Shown here piece after piece: positions 1 to 12,400 of a stretch of 64,000 nucleotides of DNA (positions within the stretch are counted from its first letter, which is position 1; each line of letters starts with the position of its first letter). The translations under genes and the position numbers were made by a program. The DNA is taken from contig OZ059897.1 of NCBI GenBank assembly GCA_964057225.1, forward strand, positions 10,788,001-10,852,000, written 5' to 3'. This stretch comes from Auanema rhodensis (Eukaryota > Animalia > Nematoda). Under the pieces are notes generated by a model. The model did no database searches and was not told the origin of the DNA. It worked only from the letters and a program-made list of their open reading frames with translations.

Positions 1-26
1 AACTTTGTTAAGTTGTTGTAATATCG

Positions 27-98
27 GCCCAAGTAGTATAGTGGTTAGTACTCCACGTTGTGGCCGTGGCGACACAGGTTCGATTCCTGTCTTGGGCA
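27..98 (+). tRNA. tRNA-His(GTG), representative intact unit; encoded G-1 at 26
   Basis: Cloverleaf: acceptor GCCCAAG/CTTGGGC, D stem GTAT/GTAC, anticodon stem CCACG/CGTGG with loop TT-GTG-GC (anticodon 60-62), T stem ACAGG/CCTGT with TTCGATT loop, discriminator A, no encoded CCA. Confidence 0.97.
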
Positions 99-104
99 TT
101 TTTT
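99..104 (+). terminator. RNA polymerase III terminator (T6), present after every tRNA copy
   Basis: TTTTTT immediately after the discriminator base, followed by GTTTT. Confidence 0.9.
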
Positions 105-356
105 GTTTTGAAATTTAAATGCTATAAAATTATTGCTTGCTTGTCATGTTAGATTTGTTTAATTCAAATACTTATTTAAGTTCTAACAATTTTTGATTTA
201 ATCACGTTCAATTAACTGTATTGTTTTCAAAAATAAAGACATCTTTCAATTTCTGGTCATTGAATTAGAATTTTCATGTTGTCACACAGGAAATGAAGAA
301 TCTTAGTTCATTTCAGTAACAATGAACACAATAATTTTGTTTAGTTTGTAATACCG

Positions 357-428
357 GCCCAAGTAGTATAGTGGTTAGTACTCCACGTTGTGGCCGTGGC
401 GACACAGGTTCGATTCCTGTCTTGGGCA
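357..428 (+). tRNA. tRNA-His(GTG), representative of the type-B upstream flank (CAATAATTTTGTTTAGTTTGTAATACCG)
   Basis: Same tRNA body as 27-98; upstream flank differs by several substitutions and a 2-bp deletion. Confidence 0.96.
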
Positions 429-3339
429 TTTTTTGTTTTGAAATTTAAATGCTATAAAATTATTGCTTGCTTGTCATGTTAGATTTGTTTAATTCAAATA
501 CTTATTTAAGTTCTAACAATTTTTGATTTAATCACGTTCAATTAACTGTATTGTTTTCAAAAATAAAGACATCTTTCAATTTCTGGTCATTGAATTAGAA
601 TTTTCATGTTGTCACACAGGAAATGAAGAATCTTAGTTCATTTCAGTAACAATGAACACACTAACTTTGTTAAGTTGTTGTAATATCGGCCCAAGTAGTA
701 TAGTGGTTAGTACTCCACGTTGTGGCCGTGGCGACACAGGTTCGATTCCTGTCTTGGGCATTTTTTGTTTTGAAATTTAAATGCTATAAAATTATTGCTT
801 GCTTGTCATGTTAGATTTGTTTAATTCAAATACTTATTTAAGTTCTAACAATTTTTGATTTAATCACGTTCAATTAACTGTATTGTTTTCAAAAATAAAG
901 ACATCTTTCAATTTCTGGTCATTGAATTAGAATTTTCATGTTGTCACACAGAAATTGAAGAATCTTAGTTCATTTCAGTAACAATGAACACACTAACTTT
1001 GTTAAGTTGTTGTAATATCGGCCCAAGTAGTATAGTGGTTAGTACTCCACGTTGTGGCCGTGGCGACACAGGTTCGATTCCTGTCTTGGGCATTTTTTGT
1101 TTTGAAATTTAAATGCTATAAAATTATTGCTTGCTTGTCATGTTAGATTTGTTTAATTCAAATACTTATTTAAGTTCTAACAATTTTTGATTTAATCACG
1201 TTCAATTAACTGTATTGTTTTCAAAAATAAAGACATCTTTCAATTTCTGGTCATTGAATTAGAATTTTCATGTTGTCACACAGGAAATGAAGAATCTTAG
1301 TTCATTTCAGTAACAATGAACACAATAATTTTGTTTAGTTTGTAATACCGGCCCAAGTAGTATAGTGGTTAGTACTCCACGTTGTGGCCGTGGCGACACA
1401 GGTTCGATTCCTGTCTTGGGCATTTTTTGTTTTGAAATTTAAATGCTATAAAATTATTGCTTGCTTGTCATGTTAGATTTGTTTAATTCAAATACTTATT
1501 TAAGTTCTAACAATTTTTGATTTAATCACGTTCAATTAACTGTATTGTTTTCAAAAATAAAGACATCTTTCAATTTCTGGTCATTGAATTAGAATTTTCA
1601 TGTTGTCACACAGGAAATGAAGAATCTTAGTTCATTTCAGTAACAATGAACACACTAACTTTGTTAAGTTGTTGTAATATCGGCCCAAGTAGTATAGTGG
1701 TTAGTACTCCACGTTGTGGCCGTGGCGACACAGGTTCGATTTCTGTCTTGGGCATTTTTTGTTTTGAAATTTAAATGCTATAAACATATTGCTTGCTTGT
1801 CTTGTTAGATTTGTTTAATTCAAATACTTATTTAAGTTCTAACAATTTTCGATTTAATCACGTTCAATCAACTATATTGTTTTCAAAAATGAAGACATCT
1901 TTCAATTTTTGGTCATTGATTAGAATTTTCATGTTGTCACACAGAAATTGAAGAATCTTAGTTCATTTCAGTAACAATGAACACACTAACTTTGTTAAGT
2001 TGTTGTAATATCGGCCCAAGTAGTATAGTGGTTAGTACTCCACGTTGTGGCCGTGGCGACACAGGTTCGATTCCTGTCTTGGGCATTTTTTGTTTTGAAA
2101 TTTAAATGCTATAAAATTATTGCTTGCTTGTCATGTTAGATTTGTTTAATTCAAATACTTATTTAAGTTCTAACAATTTTTGATTTAATCACGTTCAATT
2201 AACTGTATTGTTTTCAAAAATAAAGACATCTTTCAATTTCTGGTCATTGAATTAGAATTTTCATGTTGTCACACAGGAAATGAAGAATCTTAGTTCATTT
2301 CAGTAACAATGAACACAATAATTTTGTTTAGTTTGTAATACCGGCCCAAGTAGTATAGTGGTTAGTACTCCACGTTGTGGCCGTGGCGACACAGGTTCGA
2401 TTCCTGTCTTGGGCATTTTTTGTTTTGAAATTTAAATGCTATAAAATTATTGCTTGCTTGTCATGTTAGATTTGTTTAATTTAAATACTCATTTAAGTTC
2501 CAACAATTTTCGATTAAATCACGTTCATTTAACTGTATTGTTTTCAAAAATAAAGACAAAATTCAATTTCTGTTCATTGAATTAGAATTTTCATGTTGTC
2601 ACACAGAAATTGAAGAATCTTAGTTCATTTCAGTAACAATGAACACACTATCTTTGTTAAGTTGTTGTAATATCGGCCCAAGTAGTATAGTGGTTAGTAC
2701 TCCACGTTGTGGCCGTGGCGACATAGGTTCGATTCCTGTCTTGGGCATTTTTTGTTTTGAAATTTAAATGCTATGAAATTATTGCTTGCTTGTCATGTTA
2801 GATTTGTTTAATTTAAATACTCGTTTAAGTTCCAACAATTTTTGATTAAATCACGTTCAATTAACTGTATTGTTTTCAAAAATAAAGACATCTTTCAATT
2901 TCTGGTCATTGAATTAGAATTTTCATGTTGTCACACAGAAATTGAAGAATCTTAGTTCATTTCAGTAACAATGAACACACTAACTTTGTTAAGTTGTTGT
3001 AATATCGGCCCAAGTAGTATAGTGATTAGTACTCCACGTTGTGGCCGTGGCGACACAGGTTCGATTCCTGTCTTGGGCATTTTTTGTTTTGAAATTTAAA
3101 TGCTATAAAATTATTGCTCGCTTGTCATGTTAGATTTGTTTAATTCAAATACTTATTTAAGTTCTAACAATTATCGATTTAATCACGTTCAATCAACTGT
3201 ATTGTTTTCAAAAATAAAGACATCTTTCAATTTCTGGTCATTGAATTAGAATTTTCATGTTGTCACACAGAAATTGAAGAATCTTAGTTCATTTCAGTAA
3301 CAATGAACACACTAACTTTGTTAAGTTGTTGTGATATCG

Positions 3340-3411
3340 GCCCAAGTAATATAGTGGTTAGTACTCCACGTTGTGGCCGTGGCGACACAGATTCGATTCC
3401 TGTCTTGGGCA
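3340..3411 (+). pseudogene. tRNA-His variant G10A + G53A (probably defective), representative of ~15 such units
   Basis: GTAATAT instead of GTAGTAT (D-stem/A-box) and CAGATTCG instead of CAGGTTCG (breaks G53-C61, B-box). Confidence 0.65.
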
Positions 3412-6400
3412 TTTTTTGTTTTGAAATTAAAATGCTACAAAATTATTGCTTGCTTGTCATGTTAGATTTGTTTAATTCAAATACTTATTTAAGTTCTAAC
3501 AATTTTTGATTTAATCACGTTCAATTAACTGTATTGTTTTCAAAAATAAAGACATCTTTCAATTTCTGGTCATTGAATTAGAATTTTCATGTTGTCACAC
3601 AGGAAATGAAGAATCTTAGTTCATTTCAGTAACAATGAACACAATAATTTTGTTTAGTTTGTAATACCGGCCCAAGTAGTATAGTGGTTAGTACTCCACG
3701 TTGTGGCCGTGGCGACACAGGTTCGATTCCTGTCTTGGGCATTTTTTGTTTTGAAATTTAAATGCTATAAAATTATTGCTTGCTTGTCATGTTAGATTTG
3801 TTTAATTCAAATACTTATTTAAGTTCTAACAATTTTTGATTTAATCACGTTCAATTAACTGTATTGTTTTCAAAAATAAAGACATCTTTCAATTTCTGGT
3901 CATTGAATTAGAATTTTCATGTTGTCACACAGGAAATGAAGAATCTTAGTTCATTTCAGTAACAATGAACACACTAACTTTGTTAAGTTGTTGTAATATC
4001 GGCCCAAGTAGTATAGTGGTTAGTACTCCACGTTGTGGCCGTGGCGACACAGGTTCGATTCCTGTCTTGGGCATTTTTTGTTTTGAAATTTAAATGCTAT
4101 AAACATATTGCTTGCTTGTCTTGTTAGATTTGTTTAATTCAAATACTTATTTAAGTTCTAACAATTTTCGATTTAATCACGTTCAATCAACTATATTGTT
4201 TTCAAAAATGAAGACATCTTTCAATTTATGGTCATTGATTAGAATTTTCATGTTGTCACACAGAAATTGAAGAATCTTAGTTCATTTCAGTAACAATGAA
4301 CACACTAACTTTGTTAAGTTGTTGTAATATCGGCCCAAGTAGTATAGTGGTTAGTACTCCACGTTGTGGCCGTGGCGACACAGGTTCGATTCCTGTCTTG
4401 GGCATTTTTTGTTTTGAAATTTAAATGCTATAAAATTATTGCTTGCTTGTCATGTTAGATTTGTTTAATTCAAATACTTATTTAAGTTCTAACAATTTTT
4501 GATTTAATCACGTTCAATTAACTGTATTGTTTTCAAAAATAAAGACATCTTTCAATTTCTGGTCATTGAATTAGAATTTTCATGTTGTCACACAGGAAAT
4601 GAAGAATCTTAGTTCATTTCAGTAACAATGAACACAATAATTTTGTTTAGTTTGTAATACCGGCCCAAGTAGTATAGTGGTTAGTACTCCACGTTGTGGC
4701 CGTGGCGACACAGGTTCGATTCCTGTCTTGGGCATTTTTTGTTTTGAAATTTAAATGCTATAAAATTATTGCTTGCTTGTCATGTTAGATTTGTTTAATT
4801 TAAATACTCATTTAAGTTCCAACAATTTTCGATTAAATCACGTTCATTTAACTGTATTGTTTTCGAAAATAAAGACAAAATTCAATTTCTGTTCATTGAA
4901 TTAGAATTTTCATGTTGTCACACAGAAATTGAAGAATCTTAGTTCATTTCAGTAACAATGAACACACTATCTTTGTTAAGTTGTTGTAATATCGGCCCAA
5001 GTAGTATAGTGGTTAGTACTCCACGTTGTGGCCGTGGCGACATAGGTTCGATTCCTGTCTTGGGCATTTTTTGTTTTGAAATTTAAATGCTATGAAATTA
5101 TTGCTTGCTTGTCATGTTAGATTTGTTTAATTTAAATACTCGTTTAAGTTCCAACAATTTTTGATTAAATCACGTTCAATTAACTGTATTGTTTTCAAAA
5201 ATAAAGACATCTTTCAATTTCTGGTCATTGAATTAGAATTTTCATGTTGTCACACAGAAATTGAAGAATCTTAGTTCATTTCAGTAACAATGAACACACT
5301 AACTTTGTTAAGTTGTTGTAATATCGGCCCAAGTAGTATAGTGATTAGTACTCCACGTTGTGGCCGTGGCGACACAGGTTCGATTCCTGTCTTGGGCATT
5401 TTTTGTTTTGAAATTTAAATGCTATAAAATTATTGCTCGCTTGTCATGTTAGATTTGTTTAATTCAAATACTTATTTAAGTTCTAACAATTTTTGATTTA
5501 ATCACGTTCAATTAACTGTATTGTTTTCAAAAATAAAGACAAAATTCAATTTCTGTTCATTGAATTAGAATTTTCATGTTGTCACCCAGAAATTGAAGAT
5601 TCTTAGTTCAATTCAGTAACAATGAACACACTAACTTTGTTAAGTTGTTGTGATATCGGCCCAAGTAATATAGTGGTTAGCACTCCACGTTGTGGCCGTG
5701 GCGACACAGATTCGATTCCTGTCTTGGGCATTTTTTGTTTTGAAATTTAAATGCTACAAAATTATTGCTTGCTTGTCATGTTAGATTTGTTTAATTCAAA
5801 TACTTATTTAAGTTCTAACAATTATCGATTTAATCACGTTCAATCAACTGTATTGTTTTCAAAAATAAAGACATCTTTCAATTTCTGGTCATTGAATTAG
5901 AATTTTCATGTTGTCACACAGAAATTGAAGAATCTTAGTTCATTTCAGTAACAATGAACACACTAACTTTGTTAAGTTGTTGTGATATCGGCCCAAGTAA
6001 TATAGTGGTTAGTACTCCACGTTGTGGCCGTGGCGACACAGATTCGATTCCTGTCTTGGGCATTTTTTGTTTTGAAATTAAAATGCTACAAAATTATTGC
6101 TTGCTTGTCATGTTAGATTTGTTTAATTCAAATACTTATTTAAGTTCTAACAATTATCGATTTAATCACGTTCAATCAACTGTATTGTTTTCAAAAATAA
6201 AGACATCTTTCAATTTCTGGTCATTGAATTAGAATTTTCATGTTGTCACACAGAAATTGAAGAATCTTAGTTCAATTCAGTAACAATGAACACACTAACT
6301 TTGTTAAGTTGTTGTAATATCGGCCCAAGTAGTATAGTGGTTAGTACTCCACGTTGTGGCCGTGGCGACACAGGTTCGATTCCTGTCTTGGGCATTTTTT

Positions 6401-9400
6401 GTTTTGAAATTTAAATGCTATAAACATATTGCTTGCTTGTCATGTTAGATTTCTTTAATTTGAATACTTATTCAAGTTATAACAATTTTTGATTTAATCA
6501 CGTTCAATTAACTGTATTGTTTTCAAAAATAAAGACATCTTTCAATTTCTGGTCATTGAATTAGAATTTTCATGTTGTCACACAGAAATTGAAGAATCTT
6601 AGTTCATTTCAGTAACAATGAACACACTAACTTTGTTAAGTTGTTGTAATATCGGCTCAAGTAGTATAGTGGTTAGTACTCCACGTTGTGGCCGTGGCGA
6701 CACAGGTTCGATTCCTGTCTTGGGCATTTTTTGTTTTGAAATTTAAATGCTATAAAATTATTGCTTGCTTGTCATGTTAGATTTGTTTAATTCAAATACT
6801 TATTTAAGTTCTAACAATTTTTGATTTAATCACGTTCAATTAACTGTATTGTTTTCAAAAATAAAGACATCTTTCAATTTCTGGTCATTGAATTAGAATT
6901 TTCATGTTGTCACACAGGAAATGAAGAATCTTAGTTCATTTCAGTAACAATGAACACAATAATTTTGTTTAGTTTGTAATACCGGCCCAAGTAGTATAGT
7001 GGTTAGTACTCCACGTTGTGGCCGTGGCGACACAGGTTCGATTCCTGTCTTGGGCATTTTTTGTTTTGAAATTTAAATGCTATAAAATTATTGCTTGCTT
7101 GTCATGTTAGATTTGTTTAATTTAAATACTCATTTAAGTTCCAACAATTTTCGATTAAATCACGTTCATTTAACTGTATTGTTTTCGAAAATAAAGACAA
7201 AATTCAATTTCTGTTCATTGAATTAGAATTTTCATGTTGTCACACAGAAATTGAAGAATCTTAGTTCATTTCAGTAACAATGAACACACTATCTTTGTTA
7301 AGTTGTTGTAATATCGGCCCAAGTAGTATAGTGGTTAGTACTCCACGTTGTGGCCGTGGCGACATAGGTTCGATTCCTGTCTTGGGCATTTTTTGTTTTG
7401 AAATTTAAATGCTATGAAATTATTGCTTGCTTGTCATGTTAGATTTGTTTAATTTAAATACTCGTTTAAGTTCCAACAATTTTTGATTAAATCACGTTCA
7501 ATTAACTGTATTGTTTTCAAAAATAAAGACATCTTTCAATTTCTGGTCATTGAATTAGAATTTTCATGTTGTCACACAGAAATTGAAGAATCTTAGTTCA
7601 TTTCAGTAACAATGAACACACTAACTTTGTTAAGTTGTTGTAATATCGGCCCAAGTAGTATAGTGATTAGTACTCCACGTTGTGGCCGTGGCGACACAGG
7701 TTCGATTCCTGTCTTGGGCATTTTTTGTTTTGAAATTTAAATGCTATAAAATTATTGCTCGCTTGTCATGTTAGATTTGTTTAATTCAAATACTTATTTA
7801 AGTTCTAACAATTTTTGATTTAATCACGTTCAATTAACTGTATTGTTTTCAAAAATAAAGACAAAATTCAATTTCTGTTCATTGAATTAGAATTTTCATG
7901 TTGTCACCCAGAAATTGAAGATTCTTAGTTCAATTCAGTAACAATGAACACACTAACTTTGTTAAGTTGTTGTGAAATCGGCCCAAGTAATATAGTGGTT
8001 AGCACTCCACGTTGTGGCCGTGGCGACACAGATTCGATTCCTGTCTTGGGCATTTTTTGTTTTGAAATTTAAATGCTACAAAATTATTGCTTGCTTGTCA
8101 TGTTAGATTTGTTTAATTCAAATACTTATTTAAGTTCTAACAATTATCGATTTAATCACGTTCAATCAACTGTATTGTTTTCAAAAATAAAGACATCTTT
8201 CAATTTCTGGTCATTGAATTAGAATTTTCATGTTGTCACACAGAAATTGAAGAATCTTAGTTCATTTCAGTAACAATGAACACACTAACTTTGTTAAGTT
8301 GTTGTGATATCGGCCCAAGTAATATAGTGGTTAGTACTCCACGTTGTGGCCGTGGCGACACAGATTCGATTCCTGTCTTGGGCATTTTTTGTTTTGAAAT
8401 TAAAATGCTACAAAATTATTGCTTGCTTGTCATGTTAGATTTGTTTAATTCAAATACTTATTTAAGTTCTAACAATTATCGATTTAATCACGTTCAATCA
8501 ACTGTATTGTTTTCAAAAATAAAGACATCTTTCAATTTCTGGTCATTGAATTAGAATTTTCATGTTGTCACACAGAAATTGAAGAATCTTAGTTCAATTC
8601 AGTAACAATGAACACACTAACTTTGTTAAGTTGTTGTAATATCGGCCCAAGTAGTATAGTGGTTAGGACTCCACGTTGTGGCCGTGGCGACACAGGTTCG
8701 ATTCCTGTCTTGGGCATTTTTTGTTTTGAAATTTAAATGCTATAAACATATTGCTTGCTTGTCATGTTAGATTTCTTTAATTTGAATACTTATTCAAGTT
8801 ATAACAATTTTTGATTTAATCACGTTCAATTAACTGTATTGTTTTCAAAAATAAAGACATCTTTCAATTTCTGGTCATTGAATTAGAATTTTCATGTTGT
8901 CACACAGAAATTGAAGAATCTTAGTTCATTTCAGTAACAATGAACACACTAACTTTGTTAAGTTGTTGTAATATCGGCTCAAGTAGTATAGTGGTTAGTA
9001 CTCCACGTTGTGGCCGTGGCGACACAGGTTCGATTCCTGTCTTGGGCATTTTTTGTTTTGAAATTAAAATGCTATAAAATTATTGCTTGCTTGTCTTGTT
9101 AGATTTGTTTAATTCAAATACTTATTTAAGTTCTAACAATTTTCGATTTAATCACGTTCAATCAACTGTATTGTTTTCAAAAATAAAGACATCTTTCAAT
9201 TTCTGGTCATTGAATTAGAATTTTCATGTTGTCACACAGAAATTGAAGAATCTTAGTTCATTTCAGTAACAATGAACACACTAACTTTGTTAAGTTGTTG
9301 TAATATCGGCCCAAGTAGTATAGTGATTAGTACTCCACGTTGTGGCCGTGGCGACACAGGTTCGATTCCTGTCTTGGGCATTTTTTGTTTTGAAATTTAA

Positions 9401-12400
9401 ATGCTATAAAATTATTGCTCGCTTGTCATGTTAGATTTGTTTAATTCAAATACTTATTTAAGTTCTAACAATTTTTGATTTAATCACGTTCAATTAACTG
9501 TATTGTTTTCAAAAATAAAGACAAAATTCAATTTCTGTTCATTGAATTAGAATTTTCATGTTGTCACACAGAAATTGAAGAATCTTAGTTCATTTCAGTA
9601 ACAATGAACACACTAACTTTGTTAAGTTGTTGTAATATCGGCCCAAGTAGTATAGTGGTTAGTACTCCACGTTGTGGCCGTGGCGACACAGGTTCGATTC
9701 CTGTCTTGGGCATTTTTTGTTTTGAAATTTAAATGCTATAAACATATTGCTTGCTTGTCATGTTAGATTTCTTTAATTTGAATACTTATTCAAGTTATAA
9801 CAATTTTTGATTTAATCACGTTCAATTAACTGTATTGTTTTCAAAAATAAAGACATCTTTCAATTTCTGGTCATTGAATTAGAATTTTCATGTTGTCACA
9901 CAGAAATTGAAGAATCTTAGTTCATTTCAGTAACAATGAACACACTAACTTTGTTAAGTTGTTGTAATATCGGCTCAAGTAGTATAGTGGTTAGTACTCC
10001 ACGTTGTGGCCGTGGCGACACAGGTTCGATTCCTGTCTTGGGCATTTTTTGTTTTGAAATTAAAATGCTATAAAATTATTGCTTGCTTGTCTTGTTAGAT
10101 TTCTTTAATTTGAATACTTATTCAAGTTATAACAATTTTCGATTTAATCACGTTCAATCAACTGTATTGTTTTCAAAAATAAAGACATCTTTCAATTTCT
10201 GGTCATTGAATTAGAATTTTCATGTTGTCACACAGAAATTGAAGAATCTTAGTTCATTTCAGTAACAATGAACACACTAACTTTGTTAAGTTGTTGTAAT
10301 ATCGGCCCAAGTAGTATAGTGGTTAGTACTCCACGTTGTGGCCGTGGCGACACAGGTTCGATTCCTGTCTTGGGCATTTTTTGTTTTGAAATTAAAATGC
10401 TATAAAATTATTGCTTGCTTGTCTTGTTAGATTTCTTTAATTTGAATACTTATTCAAGTTATAACAATTTTCGATTTAATCACGTTCAATCAACTGTATT
10501 GTTTTCAAAAATAAAGACATCTTTCAATTTCTGGTCATTGAATTAGAATTTTCATGTTGTCACACAGAAATTGAAGAATCTTAGTTCATTTCAGTAACAA
10601 TGAACACACTAACTTTGTTAAATTGTTGTAATATCGGCCCAAGTAGTATAGTGGTTAGTACTCCACGTTGTGGCCGTGGCGACACAGGTTCGATTCCTGT
10701 CTTGGGCATTTTTTGTTTTGAAATTAAAATGCTATAAAATTATTGCTCGCTTGTCATGTTAGATTTGTTTAATTCAAATACTTATTTAAGTTCTAACAAT
10801 TTTTGATTTAATCACGTTCAATTAACTGTATTGTTTTCAAAAATAAAGACAAAATTCAATTTCTGTTCATTGAATTAGAATTTTCATGTTGTCACCCAGA
10901 AATTGAAGATTCTTAGTTCAATTCAGTAACAATGAACACACTAACTTTCTTAAATTGTTGTAATATCGGCCCAAGTAATATAGTGGTTAGCACTCCACGT
11001 TGTGGCCGTGGCGACACAGGTTCAATTCCTGTCTTGGGCATTTTTTGTTTTGAAATTTAAATGCTATAAAATTATTGCTCGCTTGTCATGTTAGATTTGT
11101 TTAATTCAAATACTTATTTAAGTTCTAACAATTATCGATTTAATCACGTTCAATCAACTGTATTGTTTTCAAAAATAAAGACATCTTTCAATTTCTGGTC
11201 ATTGAATTAGAATTTTCATGTTGTCACACAGAAATTGAAGAATCTTAGTTCATTTCAGTAACAATGAACACACTAACTTTGTTAAGTTGTTGTAATATCG
11301 GCTCAAGTAGTATAGTGGTTAGTACTCCACGTTGTGGCCGTGGCGACACAGGTTCGATTCCTGTCTTGGGCATTTTTTGTTTTGAAATTTAAATGCTATA
11401 AACATATTGCTTGCTTGTCATGTTAGATTTCTTTAATTTGAATACTTATTCAAGTTATAACAATTTTTGATTTAATCACGTTCAATTAACTGTATTGTTT
11501 TCAAAAATAAAGACATCTTTCAATTTCTGGTCATTGAATTAGAATTTTCATGTTGTCACACAGAAATTGAAGAATCTTAGTTCATTTCAGTAACAATGAA
11601 CACACTAACTTTGTTAAGTTGTTGTAATATCGGCTCAAGTAGTATAGTGGTTAGTACTCCACGTTGTGGCCGTGGCGACACAGGTTCGATTCCTGTCTTG
11701 GGCATTTTTTGTTTTGAAATTAAAATGCTATAAATATATTGCTTGCTTGTCTTGTTAGATTTGTTTAATTCAAATACTTATTTAAGTTCTAACAATTTTC
11801 GATTTAATCACGTTCAATCAACTGTATTGTTTTTAAAAATAAAGACATCTTTCAATTTCTGGTCATTGAATTAGAATTTTCATGTTGTCACACAGAAATT
11901 GAAGAATCTTAGTTCATTTCAGTAACAATGAACACACTAACTTTGTTAAGTTGTTGTAATATCGGGCAAGGTAGTATAGTGGTTAGTACTCCACGTTGTG
12001 GCCGTGGCGACACAGGTTCGATTCCTGTCTTGGGCATTTTTTGTTTTGAAATTAAAATGCTATAAAATTATTGCTTGCTTGTCTTGTTAGATTTCTTTAA
12101 TTTGAATACTTATTCAAGTTCTAACAATTTTTGATTTAATCACGTTCAATCAACTGTATTGTTTTCAAAAATGAAGACATCTTTCAATTTTTGGTCATTG
12201 ATTAGAATTTTCATGTTGTCACACAGAAATTGAAGAATCTTAGTTCATTTCAGTAACAATGAACACACTAACTTTGTTAAGTTGTTGTAATATCGGCCCA
12301 AGTAGTATAGTGGTTAGTACTCCACGTTGTGGCCGTGGCGACACAGGTTCGATTCCTGTCTTGGGCATTTTTTGTTTTGAAATTTAAATGCTATAAAATT

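Noticed and set aside
306-327. 7-bp inverted repeat GTTCATT...AATGAAC in each spacer
   Set aside because: Expected by chance in AT-rich DNA; variants (GTTCAAT, AACGAAC, AGTGAAC) are not compensatory.
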